A stretch of 64,000 nucleotides of DNA from NCBI RefSeq assembly GCF_009914755.1, contig NC_060948.1. One strand, written 5' to 3'. Positions 42,807 through 57,080 of this stretch are shown here, one piece after another. The position numbers were made by a program, and so were the translations under genes. The number at the start of each line of letters is the position of its first letter. Position 1 is the first letter of the stretch. The notes beneath the pieces were generated by a model that was not told the origin of the DNA, did not search any database, and saw only the letters and a list, made by a program, of their open reading frames with translations. This stretch comes from the human T2T-CHM13v2.0 reference genome, Homo sapiens.

Positions 42807-45800
42807 GGAAGTGAATGGACTCCAATGGAATGGATTCAAAAGGAATGGAATCGTACGGAATGGAATCTAATGGAATGGAATTAAATGGAAATGAATCAAA
42901 TTGAATAGCACGGAATTGAATTGAATGGAATGGAATGCAATGGAATCTAATGAAACGGAAAGGAAAGGAATGGAATGGAATGGAAAGGGCTGGAATGGAA
43001 AGGAATCGAAACGAATGGAATGGAATCGAACTGAAGAGACTGGAATGGAATGCACTGGAATGGAAGGGAGTGTAATGGAAGGTTCTCGAAAAAAATGGAA
43101 TCGAATGGAATGGAATTGAATGGAACGGAATAGAGTCGAATGGGATTGAATGGAATGGAATGGACTAGAGTGAAATGGAATCGAACCACAAGGAATGGAC
43201 AGGAATAGAATGGTCTCGAATTGAATGGAATCGTATGGAATGGCATCAAACGGAATGGAATGGACAGCCACGGAATGGAATGCACTCGAATGCAATGGAG
43301 TCGAAACTAATGGACTGGAATAGAATGGACTCGACTGGTACGGACTCCAATGGAATGGAATCGAATGGAAGGGAATCGAACGGAATGGACTCGAAGGGAA
43401 AAGACTGCAATGGAAAGGTCTCGAATGGAATGGAAATTAATGGAATGGAATGGAATCGAATGAAATGGAGTCAAAAGGAATGGAATCGAATGGCAAGAAA
43501 TCGAATGTAATGGAATCGCAAGGAATTGATGTGAACGGAACGGAATGGAATGGAATCCAAAGGAATGGAATAGAATGGAATGGAATCGAATGGAAAGGAC
43601 TCGAATGGAAATCACTCGAATAGAATGCAATTTAATAAAATAGGATCAAATGTAATGGAATGGAATGGAAAGGAATCGAAACGAAAGGAATGGAGACAGA
43701 TGGAATGGAATGGAACAGAGAGCAATGGTATAGAATGGAATGGAATCATCTGGAATGGAATTGAATGGAATGGAATAATATGAAATGGAATGGAATGGAA
43801 TGGAATGGAATGGAATGGAATGCCCTTGAATTAAATGGACTGGAATGGAATGGACTCGAACAGAGTGGAATGGAAAGTGTTGAGATAGAATGCAATGGAC
43901 TCCTTCGGAATGGTCTAGTATGCAATGCAATCGACTGGCAGGGAATCAAAAGGAATGTAATCGAATGGATTGGACTGGAATGCAGTGGACTCGAATAGAT
44001 TGGAAACGGAATGCAAAGGAATGGAATGGAATAGTATGGAATGGAATGGAAAGGAATGGAGTGGAATAGACTAGAGTGGAATGGAATGGACTGGAAAGCA
44101 ATGGACTGGAATGGAACTTTCTTGAATGGACTGGAATCAAACGGAATGGAATGCAATGCAATCAAATGGCATGGAATAAAATAGAATGAAAGAGAATCAA
44201 ATGGAATTGAATCGAATGGAATCGAATGGATTGGAAAGGAATAGAATGGAATGCAATGGAATGGACTAGAATGGAATGGAGTAGAATGGAATGGATTCGA
44301 ATGGAAGGCAAAGGAATGGAATCTATTGGAATGGACTGTAATGGAATGGAATGGAAGGGATTGGAATGGACTCGAATGGAATGGACTGCAATAGAAAGGA
44401 TTCGAATGGAATGAAAAAGAATTGAATGGAATAGAACAGAATGGAATCAAATCGAATGAAATGGAATGGAATAGAAAGGAATGGAATGAAATGGAATGGA
44501 AAGGATTCGAATGGAATGCAATCGAATGGAATGGAATCGAACGGAATGGAATAAAATGGAAGAAAACTGGCAAGAAATGGAATCGAAATGAATGGAGTGT
44601 TATGGAACGGACTCAAAAGGAATTGAATGTAATAGAATGGAGTGGAGTGGACTCGAATATAATGGACTGGAATGGAATGAAATCACATGGAATGGGAACG
44701 AATGGAATGGAATGGAAAGGAATGGAATCGAATGGAAAGGAATCGAATGGAAGGGAATGAAATTGAATCAACAGGAATGGAAGGGAATAGAATAGACGGT
44801 AATGGAATGGACTCGAATAGAATGGACACGAATGCTCAAATTGAATGGACTCCAATGGAATGGAAACGAAAGGAATGTCATCGAATAGAATTGAATCGAT
44901 TGGAATGAAATCGCAAGAATGGAGTGGAATCAAATGGAATTGAATCGAAAGGAAAGGAAGCGAATGGACTGAAATGAAATGGAATGGAATTGAATGGAAA
45001 GTAATGCAATGGAATAGAATGGAACGAAATTTCACGGAATGGAATCAAACTGAAAGGAATCAAATCAATGGAATCTAATCAAATGGAATGGAAGGGAATT
45101 GAATGGAGTAGATTGGATTGGATGGGATTGGAGTGAAATGTACTGGAAAGGACTCGAATTTCATGAAACGGAATGGAATGAATTGGAACGGAATGGACTC
45201 GAATGGAATGGAATGTCATGGAATGGCATCAAATGGAATGGCATCAAATGGAATGGAATCGAATGCAATGGAATGCTATGGAATGGAATGGAATGCATTG
45301 GAATGGAATGTCCTCTAATGGAATGGATTCGAGTGGAATGGAATCGAATATAATGGAGTCGAATGAAAGGGAATTGAAAGGAATGGGATCGAATACAATG
45401 GAATATACTGGAATGTAATGTAATGAACTCGAATGTAATTGACTGGAATGGAATGTACATGAATGGAATGTAATCGAATGGAAAGTAATCCAATGGAATA
45501 GAATCTAATGCAATAAAATCGACTCAGATAGAGTAGAATGTAATGGAATGGAGTGCAGTACAATGGAATGGAATGGAATGCAATGGAATGGAATGGAATG
45601 GAATGGAATGGAATGGAATGGAATGGGATGGAATGGGATGGAATGGTATGGAATGGATAGTAATGGACTGGAGTGAAATGGACTGGAAAGGAATGGACTC
45701 AAATTGAAAGGGCTCGAAAGGAATGGAGTCAAATGGAATGGTCTGGAATGGAATGAACACGAATGTAATGCAATCCAATAGAATGGAATCGAATGGCATG

Positions 45801-46384
45801 GAATATAAAGAAATGGAATCGAAGAGAATGGAAACAAATGGAATGGAATTGAATGGAATGGAATTGAATGGAATGGGAACGAATGGAGTGAAATTGTATG
45901 CAGTAGAAGGGAATAGAATGGAATGCAAGCGAAAGGAAAGGAATGGATTGGAATGGAATGGAATTCATTGGAATGGAAGGGAATGTAGTGTAATGGACAG
46001 GCCTGGAATAAAGTGGAATGCTACGGTCTCGAATGGAATAAAAATGTATGGAATGGAATGCAATGAAACGGAATCGAATGTCATAGAATGTAATGGAATG
46101 CAAAAAAATGGAATCCAAAATCATTGACTGGAAAGGCTGGGTGTCGAAAGGAATTGACTCCAATGGAATGGAATCGAATGGAATGGAAGTGAATAGAATC
46201 GAACTAAACCGAATGGAATGGAATTGATAGGAACGGAATGGAAAGGACTGCAATGAATTGGCATGGAATGGAATCGAATGGCATCGAATGGAATGGAATG
46301 GAATGCAATGGAATGGAATGTACTAGAATGTAATGAACTTTAATGGAATGTACTCGAATGGATTCGACTGGAATGGAATGTTCT
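42807..46384 (+). repeat. DYZ1 monomer U13 (3578 bp), near-identical to U11
   Basis: GGGATT at 43144 (= 36007 + 7137). Confidence 0.9.
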
Positions 46385-49300
46385 GGAAGTGAATGGACTC
46401 CAATGGAATGGATTCAAAAGGAATGGAATCGTACGGAATGGAATCTAATGGAATGGAATTAAATGGAAATGAATCAAATTGAATAGCTCGGAATTGAATT
46501 GAATGGAATGGAATGCAATGGAATCTAATGAAACGGAAAGGAAAGGAATGGAATGGAATGGAATGGGCTGGAATGGAAAGGAATCGAAACGAATGGAATG
46601 GAATCGAACTGAAGAGACTGGAATGGAATGCACTGGAATGGAAGAGAGTGTAATGGAAGGTTCTCGAAATAAATGGAATCGAATGGAATGGAATTGAATG
46701 GAACGGAATAGAGTCGAATGGAATTGAATGGAATGGAATGGACTAGAGTGAAATGGAATCGAACCACAAGGAATGGACAGGAATAGAATGGTCTCGAATT
46801 GAATGGAATCGTATGGAATGGCATCAAACGGAATGGAATGGACAGCCACGGAATGGAATGCACTCGAATGCAATGGAGTCGAAACTAATGGACTGGAATA
46901 GAATGGACTCGACTGGTACGGACTCCAATGGAATGGAATCGAATGGAAGGGAATCGAACGGAATGGACTCGAAGGGAAAAGACTGCAATGGAAAGGTCTC
47001 GAATGGAATGGAAATTAATGGAATGGAATGGAATCGAATGAAATGGAGTCAAAAGGAATGGAATCGAATGGCAAGAAATCGAATGTAATGGAATCGCAAG
47101 GAATTGATGTGAACGGAACGGAATGGAATGGAATCCAAAGGAATGGAATAGAATGGAATGGAATCGAATGGAAAGGACTCGAATGGAAATCACTCGAATA
47201 GAATGCAATTTAATAAAATAGGATCAAATGTAATGGAATGGAATGGAAAGGAATCGAAACGAAAGGAATGGAGACAGATGGAATGGAATGGAACAGAGAG
47301 CAATGGTATAGAATGGAATGGAATCATCTGGAATGGAATTGAATGGAATGGAATAATATGAAATGGAATGGAATGGAATGGAATGGAATGCCCTTGAATT
47401 AAATGGACTGGAATGGAATGGACTCGAACAGAGTGGAATGGAAAGTGTTGAGATAGAATGGAATGGACTCCTTTGGAATGGTGTAGTATGCAATGCAATC
47501 GACTGGCAGGGAATCAAAAGGAATGTAATCGAATGGATTGGACTGGAATGCAATGGACTCGAATAGATTGGAAACGGAATGCAAAGGAATGGAATGGAAT
47601 AGTATGGAATGGAATGGAAAGGAATGGAGTGGAATAGACTAGAGTGGAATGGAATGGACTGGAAAGCAATGGACTGGAATGGAACTTTCTTGAATGGACT
47701 GGAATCAAACGGAATGGAATGCAATGCAATCAAATGGCATGGAATAAAATAGAATGAAAGAGAATCAAATGGAATTGAATCGAATGGAATCGAATGGATT
47801 GGAAAGGAATAGAATGGAATGGAATGGAATGGACTAGAATGGAATGGATTCGAATGGAAGGCAAAGGAATGGAATCTATTGGAATGGACTGTAATGGAAT
47901 GGAATGGAAGGGATTGGAATGGACTCGAATGGAATGGACTGCAATAGAAAGGATTCGAATGGAATGAAAAAGAATTGAATGGAATAGAACAGAATGGAAT
48001 CAAATCGAATGAAATGGAATGGAATAGAAAGGAATGGAATGAAATGGAATGGAAAGGATTCGAATGGAATGCAATCGAATGGAATGGAATCGAACGGAAT
48101 GGAATAAAATGGAAGAAAACTGGCAAGAAATGGAATCGAAATGAATGGAGTGTTATGGAACGGACTCAAAAGGAATTGAATGTAATAGAATGGAGTGGAG
48201 TGGACTCGAATATAATGGACTGGAATGGAATGAAATCACAAGGAATGGGAACGAATGGAATGGAATGGAAAGGAATGGAATCGAATGGAAAGGAATCGAA
48301 TGGAAGGGAATGAAATTGAATCAACAGGAATGGAAGGGAATAGAATAGACGGTAATGGAATGGACTCGAATAGAATGGACACGAATGCTCAAATTGAATG
48401 GACTCGAATGGAATGGAAACGAAAGGAATGTCATCGAATGGAATTGAATGGATTGGAATGAAATCGCATAGAATGGAGTGGAATCAAATGGAATTGAATC
48501 GAAAGGAAAGGAAGCGAATGGACTGAAATGAAATGGAATGGAATTGAATGGAAAGTAATGCAATGGAATAGAATGGAACGAAATTTCACGTAATGGAATC
48601 AAACTGAATGGAATCAAATCAATGGAATCAAATCAAATGGAATGGAAAGGAATTGAATGGAGTAGATTGGATTGGATGGGATTGGAATGAAATGTACTGG
48701 AAAGGACTCGAATTTCATGAAACGGAATGGAATGAATTGGAACGGAATGGACTCGAATGGAATGGAATGTCATGGAATGGCATCAAATGGAATGGCATCA
48801 AATGGAATGGAATCGAATGCAATGGAATGCTATGGAATGGAATGGAATGCATTGGAATGGAATGTCCTCTAATGGAATGGATTCGAGTGGAATGGAATCG
48901 AATATAATGGAGTCGAATGAAATGGAATTGAAAGGAATGGGATCGAATACAATGGAATATACTGGAATGTAATGTAATGAACTCGAATGTAATTGACTGG
49001 AATGGAATGTACATGAATGGAATGTAATCGAATGGAAAGTAATCCAATGGAATAGAATCTAATGCAATAAAATCGACTCAGATAGAGTAGAATGTAATGG
49101 AATGGAGTCCAGTGCAATGGAATGGAATGGAATGGAATGCAATGGAATGGAATGGAATGGAATGGAATGGAATGGAATGGAATGGGATGGAATGGGATGG
49201 AATGGTATGGAATGGATAGTAATGGACTGGAGTGAAATGGACTGGAAAGGAATGGACTCAAATTGAAAGGGCTCGAAAGGAATGGAGTCAAATGGAATGG

Positions 49301-49943
49301 TCTGGAATGGAATGAACACGAATGTAATGCAATCCAATAGAATGGAATCGAATGGCATGGAATATAAAGAAATGGAATCGAAGAGAATGGAAACAAATGG
49401 AATGGAATTGAATGGAATGGAATTGAATGGAATGGGAACGAATGGAGTGAAATTGTATGCAGTAGAAGGGAATAGAATGGAATGCAAGCGAAAGGAAAGG
49501 AATGGATTGGAATGGAATGGAATTCATTGGAATGGAAGGGAATGTAGTGTAATGGACAGGCCTGGAATAAAGTGGAATGCTACGGTCTCGAATGGAATAA
49601 AAATGTATGGAATGGAATGCAATGAAACGGAATCGAATGTCATAGAATGTAATGGAATGCAAAAAAATGGAATCCAAAATCATTGACTGGAAAGGCTGGG
49701 TGTCGAAAGGAATTGACTCCAATGGAATGGAATCGAATGGAATGGAAGTGAATAGAATCGAACTAAATCGAATGGAATGGAATTGATAGGAACGGAATGG
49801 AAAGGAATGCAATGATTTGGCATGGAATGGAATCGAATGGCATCGAATGGAATGGAATGGAATGCAATGGAATGGAATGCATTAGAATGTAATGAACTTT
49901 AATGGAATGTACTCGAATGGATTCGACTGGAATGGAATGTTCT
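46385..49943 (+). repeat. DYZ1 monomer U14 (3559 bp), near-identical to U12 except the tail
   Basis: CACGTAAT (48591), GAGTCCAG (49109). Tail is GAATCCAAAA. Confidence 0.88.
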
Positions 49944-52900
49944 GGAAGTGAATGGACTCCAATGGAATGGATTCAAAAGGAATGGAATCGTACGGAATGG
50001 AATCTAATGGAATGGAATTAAATGGAAATGAATCAAATTGAATAGCACGGAATTGAATTGAATGGAATGGAATGCAATGGAATCTAATGAAACGGAAAGG
50101 AAAGGAATGGAATGGAATGGAATGGGCTGGAATGGAAAGGAATCGAAACGAATGGAATGGAATCGAACTGAAGAGACTGGAATGGAATGCACTGGAATGG
50201 AAGGGAGTGTAATGGAAGGTTCTCGAAAAAAATGGAATCGAATGGAATGGAATTGAATGGAACGGAATAGAGTCGAATGGAATTGAATGGAATGGAATGG
50301 ACTAGAGTGAAATGGAATCGAACCACAAGGAATGGACAGGAATAGAATGGTCTCGAATTGAATGGAATCGTATGGAATGGCATCAAACGGAATGGAATGG
50401 ACAGCCACGGAATGGAATGCACTCGAATGCAATGGAGTCGAAACTAATGGACTGGAATAGAATGGACTCGACTGGTACGGACTCCAATGGAATGGAATCG
50501 AATGGAAGGGAATCGAACGGAATGGACTCGAAGGGAAAAGACTGCAATGGAAAGGTCTCGAATGGAATGGAAATTAATGGAATGGAATGGAATCGAATGA
50601 AAAGGAGTCAAAAGGAATGGAATCGAATGGCAAGAAATCGAATGTAATGGAATCGCAAGGAATTGATGTGAACGGAACGGAATGGAATGGAATCCAAAGG
50701 AATGGAATAGAATGGAATGGAATCGAATGGAAAGGACTCGAATGGAAATCACTCGAATAGAATGCAATTTAATAAAATAGGATCAAATGTAATGGAATGG
50801 AATGGAAAGGAATCGAAACGAAAGGAATGGAGACAGATGGAATGGAATGGAACAGAGAGCAATGGTATAGAATGGAATGGAATCATCTGGAATGGAATTG
50901 AATGGAATGGAATAATATGAAATGGAATGGAATGGAATGGAATGGAATGCCCTTGAATTAAATGGACTGGAATGGAATGGACTCGAACAGAGTGGAATGG
51001 AAAGTGTTGAGATAGAATGGAATGGACTCCTTTGGAATGGTGTAGTATGCAATGCAATCGACTGGCAGGGAATCAAAAGGAATGTAATGGAAGGGATTGG
51101 ACTGGAATGCAATGGACTCGAATAGATTGGAAACGGAATGCAAAGGAATGGAATGGAATAGTATGGAATGGAATGGAAAGGAATGGAGTGGAATAGACTA
51201 GAGTGGAATGGAATGGACTGGAAAGCAATGGACTGGAATGGAACTTTCTTGAATGGACTGGAATCAAACGGAATGGAATGCAATGCAATCAAATGGCATG
51301 GAATAAAATAGAATGAAAGAGAATCAAATGGAATTGAATCGAATGGAATCGAATGGATTGGAAAGGAATAGAATGGAATGGAATGGAATTGACTCAAATG
51401 GAATGGACTAGAATGGAATGGATTCGAATGGAAGGCAAAGGAATGGAATCTATTGGAATGGACTGTAATGGAATGGAATGGAAGGGATTGGAATGGACTC
51501 GAATGGAATGGACTGCAATAGAAAGGATTCGAATGGAATGAAAAAGAATTGAATGGAATAGAACAGAATGGAATCAAATCGAATGAAATGGAATGGAATA
51601 GAAAGGAATGGAATGAAATGGAATGGAAAGGATTCGAATGGAATGCAATCGAATGGAATGGAATCGAACGGAATGGAATAAAATGGAAGAAAACTGGCAA
51701 GAAATGGAATCGAAATGAATGGAGTGTTATGGAACGGACTCAAAAGGAATTGAATGTAATAGAATGGAGTGGAGTGGACTCGAATATAATGGACTGGAAT
51801 GGAATGAAATCACATGGAATGGGAACGAATGGAATGGAATGGAAAGGAATGGAATCGAATGGAAAGGAATCGAATGGAAGGGAATGAAATTGAATCAACA
51901 GGAATGGAAGGGAATAGAATAGACGGTAATGGAATGGACTCGAATAGAATGGACACGAATGCTGAAATTGAATGGACTCGAATGGAATGGAAACGAAAGG
52001 AATGTCATCGAATGGAATTGAATGGATTGGAATGAAATCGCATAGAATGGAGTGGAATCAAATGGAATTGAATCGAAAGGAAAGGAAGCGAATGGACTGA
52101 AATGAAATGGAATGGAATTGAATGGAAAGTAATGCAATGGAATAGAATGGAACGAAATTTCACGGAATGGAATCAAACTGAATGGAATCAAATCAATGGA
52201 ATCAAATCAAATGGAATGGAAAGGAATTGAATGGAGTAGATTGGATTGGATGGGATTGGAATGAAATGTACTGGAAAGGACTCGAATTTCATGAAACGGA
52301 ATGGAATGAATTGGAACGGAATGGACTCGAATGGAATGGAATGTCATGGAATGGCATCAAATGGAATGGCATCAAATGGAATGGAATCGAATGCAATGGA
52401 ATGCTATGGAATGGAATGGAATGCATTGGAATGGAATGTCCTCTAATGGAATGGATTCGAGTGGAATGGAATCGAATATAATGGAGTCGAATGAAATGGA
52501 ATTGAAAGGAGTGGGATCGAATACAATGGAATATACTGGAATGTAATGTAATGAACTCGAATGTAATTGACTGGAATTGAATGTACATGAATGGAATGTA
52601 ATCGAATGGAAAGTAATCCAATGGAATAGAATCTAATGCAATAAAACCGACTCAGATAGAGTAGAATGTAATGGAATGGAGTGCAGTGCAATGGAATGGA
52701 ATGGAATGGAATGCAATGGAATGGAATGGAATGGAATGGAATGGAATGGAATGGAATGGGATGGAATGGGATGGAATGGATAGTAATGGACTGGAGTGAA
52801 ATGGACTGGAAAGGAATGGACTCAAATTGAAAGGGCTCGAAAGGAATGGAGTCAAATGGAATGGTCTGGAATGGAATGAACACGAATGTAATGCAATCCA

Positions 52901-53507
52901 ATAGAATGGAATCGAATGGCATGGAATATAAAGAAATGGAATCGAAGAGAATGGAAACAAATGGAATGGAATTGAATGGAATGGAATTGAATGGAATGGG
53001 AACGAATGGAGTGAAATTGTATGCAGTAGAAGGGAATAGAATGGAATGCAAGCGAAAGGAAAGGAATGGATTGGAATGGAATGGAATTCATTGGAATGGA
53101 AGGGAATGTAGTGTAATGGACAGGCCTGGAATAAAGTGGAATGCTACGGTCTCGAATGGAATAAAAATGTATGGAATGGAATGCAATGAAACGGAATCGA
53201 ATGTCATAGAATGTAATGGAATGCAAAAAAATGGAATCCAAAATCATTGACTGGAAAGGCTGGGTGTCGAAAGGAATTGATTCCAGTGGAATGGAATCGA
53301 ATGGAATGGAAGTGAATAGAATCGAACTAAATCGAATGGAATGGAATTGATAGTAACGGAATGGAAAGGAATGCAATGATTTGGCATGGAATGGAATCGA
53401 ATGGCATCGAATGGAATGGAATGGAATGCAATGGAATGGAATGTATTAGAATGTAATGAACTTTAATGGAATGTACTCGAATGGATTCGACTGGAATGGA
53501 ATGTTCT
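49944..53507 (+). repeat. DYZ1 monomer U15 (3564 bp), B with an internal A/U1-like patch
   Basis: B left end, then TGACTCAAAT, GGGATT, CACATGG and GCTGAAATT (51964), then a B right half. Confidence 0.86.
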
Positions 53508-56500
53508 GGAAGTGAATGGACTCCAATGGAATGGATTCCAAAGGAATGGAATCGTACGGAATGGAATCTAATGGAATGGAATTAAATGGAAATGAATCAA
53601 ATTGAATAGCACGGAATTGAATTGAATGGAATGGAATGCAATGGAATCTAATGAAACGGAAAGGAAAGGAATGGAATGGAATGGAATGGGCTGGAATGGA
53701 AAGGAATCGAAACGAATGGAATGGAATCGAACTGAAGAGACTGGAATGGAATGCACTGGAATGGAAGGGAGTGTAATGGAAGGTTCTCGAAAAAAATGGA
53801 ATGGAATGGAATGGAATTGAATGGAACGGAATAGAGTCGAATGGAATTGAATGGAATGGAATGGACTAGAGTGAAATGGAATCGAACCACAAGGAATGGA
53901 CAGGAATAGAATGGTCTCGAATTGAATGGAATCGTATGGAATGGCATCAAACGGAATGGAATGGACAGCCACGGAATGGAATGCACTCGAATGCAATGGA
54001 GTCGAAACTAATGGACTGGAATAGAATGGACTCGACTGGTACGGACTCCAATGGAATGGAATCGAATGGAAGGGAACCGAACGGAATGGACTCGAAGGGA
54101 AAAGACTGCAATGGAAAGGTCTCGAATGGAATGGAAATTAATGGAATGGAATGGAATCGAATGAAATGGAGTCAAAAGGAATGGAATCGAATGGCAAGAA
54201 ATCGAATGTAATGGAATCGCAAGGAATTGATGTGAACGGAACGGAATGGAATGGAATCCAAAAGAATGGAATAGAATGGAATGGAATCGAATGGAAAGGA
54301 CTCGAATGGAAATCACTCGAATAGAATGCAATTTAATAAAATAGGATCAAATGTAATGGAATGGAATGGAAAGGAATCGATACGAAAGGAATGGAGACAG
54401 ATGGAATGGAATGGAACAGAGAGCAATGGTATAGAATGGAATGGAATCATCTGGAATGGAATTGAATGGAATGGAATAATATGAAATGGAATGGAATGGA
54501 ATGGAATGGAATGGAATGGAATGGAATGCCCTTGAATTAAATGGACTGGAATGGAATGGACTCGAACAGAGTGGAATGGAAAGTGTTGAGATAGAATGCA
54601 ATGGACTCCTTCGGAATGGTCTAGTATGCAATGCAATCGACTGGCAGGGAATCAAAAGGAATGTAATCGAATGGATTGGACTGGAATGCAGTGGACTCGA
54701 ATAGATTGGAAACGGAATGCAAAGGAATGGAATGGAATAGTATGGAATGGAATGGAAAGGAATGGAGTGGAATAGACTAGAGTGGAATGGAATGGACTGG
54801 AAAGCAATGGACTGGAATGGAACTTTCTTGAATGGACTGGAATCAAACGGAATGGAATGCAATGCAATCAAATGGCATGGAATAAAATAGAATGAAAGAG
54901 AATCAAATGGAATTGAATCGAATGGAATCGAATGGATTGGAAAGGAATAGAATGGAATGGAATGGAATTGACTCAAATGGAATGGACTAGAATGGAATGG
55001 ATTAGAATGGAAGGCAAAGGAATGGAATCTATTGGAATGGACTGTAATGGAATGGAATGGAAGGGATTGGAATGGACTCGAATGGAATGGACTGCAATAG
55101 AAAGGATTCGAATGGAATGAAAAAGAATTGAATGGAATAGAACAGAATGGAATCAAATCGAATGAAATGGAATGGAATAGAAAGGAATGGAATGAAATGG
55201 AATGGAAAGGATTCGAATGGAATGCAATCGAATGGAATGGAATCGAACGGAATGGAATAAAATGGAAGAAAACTGGCAAGAAATGGAATCGAAATGAATG
55301 GAGTGTTATGGAACGGACTCAAAAGGAATTGAATGTAATAGAATGGAGTGGAGTGGACTCGAATATAATGGACTGGAATGGAATGAAATCACATGGAATG
55401 GGAACGAATGGAATGGAATGGAAAGGAATGGAATCGAATGGAAAGGAATCGAATGGAAGGGAATGAAATTGAATCAACAGGAATGGAAGGGAATAGAATA
55501 GACGGTAATGGAATGGACTCGAATAGAATGGACACGAATGCTCAAATTGAATGGACTCCAATGGAATGGAAACGAAAGGAATGTCATCGAATAGAATTGA
55601 ATCGACTGGAATGAAATCGCAAGAATGGAGTGGAATCAAATGGAATTGAATCGAAAGGAAAGGAAGCGAATGGACTGAAATGAAATGGAATGGAATTGAA
55701 TGGAAAGTAATGCAATGGAATAGAATGGAACGAAATTTCACGGAATGGAATCAAACTGAAAGGAATCAAATCAATGGAATCTAATCAAATGGAATGGAAG
55801 GGAATTGAATGGAGTAGATTGGATTGGATGGGATTGGAGTGAAATGTACTGGAAAGGACTCGAATTTCATGAAACGGAATGGAATGAATTGGAACGGAAT
55901 GGACTCGAATGGAATGGAATGTCATGGAATGGCATCAAATGGAATGGCATCAAATGGAATGGAATCGAATGCAATGGAATGCTATGGAATGGAATGGAAT
56001 GCATTGGAATGGAATGTCCTCTAATGGAATGGATTCGAGTGGAATGGAATCGAATATAATGGAGTCGAATGAAATGGAATTGAAAGGAATGGGATCGTAT
56101 ACAATGGAATATGCTGGAATGTAATGTAATGAACTCGAATGTAATTGACTGGAATGGAATGTACATGAATGGAATGTAATCGAATGGAAAGTAATCCAAT
56201 GGAATAGAATCTAATGCAATAAAATCGACTCAGATAGAGTAGAATGTAATGGAATGGATTGCAGTACAATGGAATGGAATGGAATGCAATGGAATGGAAT
56301 GGAATGGAATGGAATGGAATGGGATGGAATGGGATGGAATGGTATGGAGTGGATAGTAATGGACTGGAGTGAAATGGACTGGAAAGGAATGGACTCAAAT
56401 TGAAAGGGCTCGAAAGGAATGGAGTCAAATGGAATGGTCTGGAATGGAATGAACACGAATGTAATGCAATCCAATAGAATGGAATCGAATGGCATGGAAT

Positions 56501-57080
56501 ATAAAGAAATGGAATCGAAGAGAATGGAAACAAATGGAATGGAATTGAATGGAATGCAATTGAATGGAATGGGAACGAATGGAGTGAAATTGTATGCAGT
56601 AGAAGGGAATAGAATGGAATGCAAGCGAAAGGAAAGGAATGGATTGGAATGGAATGGAATTCATTGGAATGGAAGGGAATGTAGTGTAATGGACAGGCCT
56701 GGAATAAAGTGGAATGCTACGGTCTCGAATGGAATAAAAATGTATGGAATGGAACGCAATGAAACGGAATCGAATGTCATAGAATGTAATGGAATGCAAA
56801 AAAATGGAATCCAAAATCATTGACTGGAAAGGCTGGGTGTCGAAAGGAATTGACTCCAATGATATGGAATCGAATGGAATGGAAGTGAATAGAATCGAAC
56901 TAAATCGAATGGAATGGAATTGATAGGAACGGAATGGAAAGGAATGCAATGAATTGGCATGGAATGGAATCGAATGGCATCGAATGGAATGGAATGGAAT
57001 GCAATGGAATGGAATGTATTAGAATGTAATGAACTTTAATGGAATGTACTCGAATGGATTCGACTGGAATGGAATGTTCT
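53508..57080 (+). repeat. DYZ1 monomer U16 (3573 bp), A haplotype (U1/U3-like)
   Basis: ATATGCTGG, GGAGTGGATAG and GATATGG alleles. Several private SNVs. Confidence 0.88.

Larger units (their letters stand above)
35402..49675 (+). repeat. Recent tandem duplication of a 7137-bp (2-monomer) segment
   Basis: Variant pairs lie exactly 7137 bp apart: 36007/43144, 41454/48591, 41972/49109, 35402/42539. Boundaries are approximate. Confidence 0.88.
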
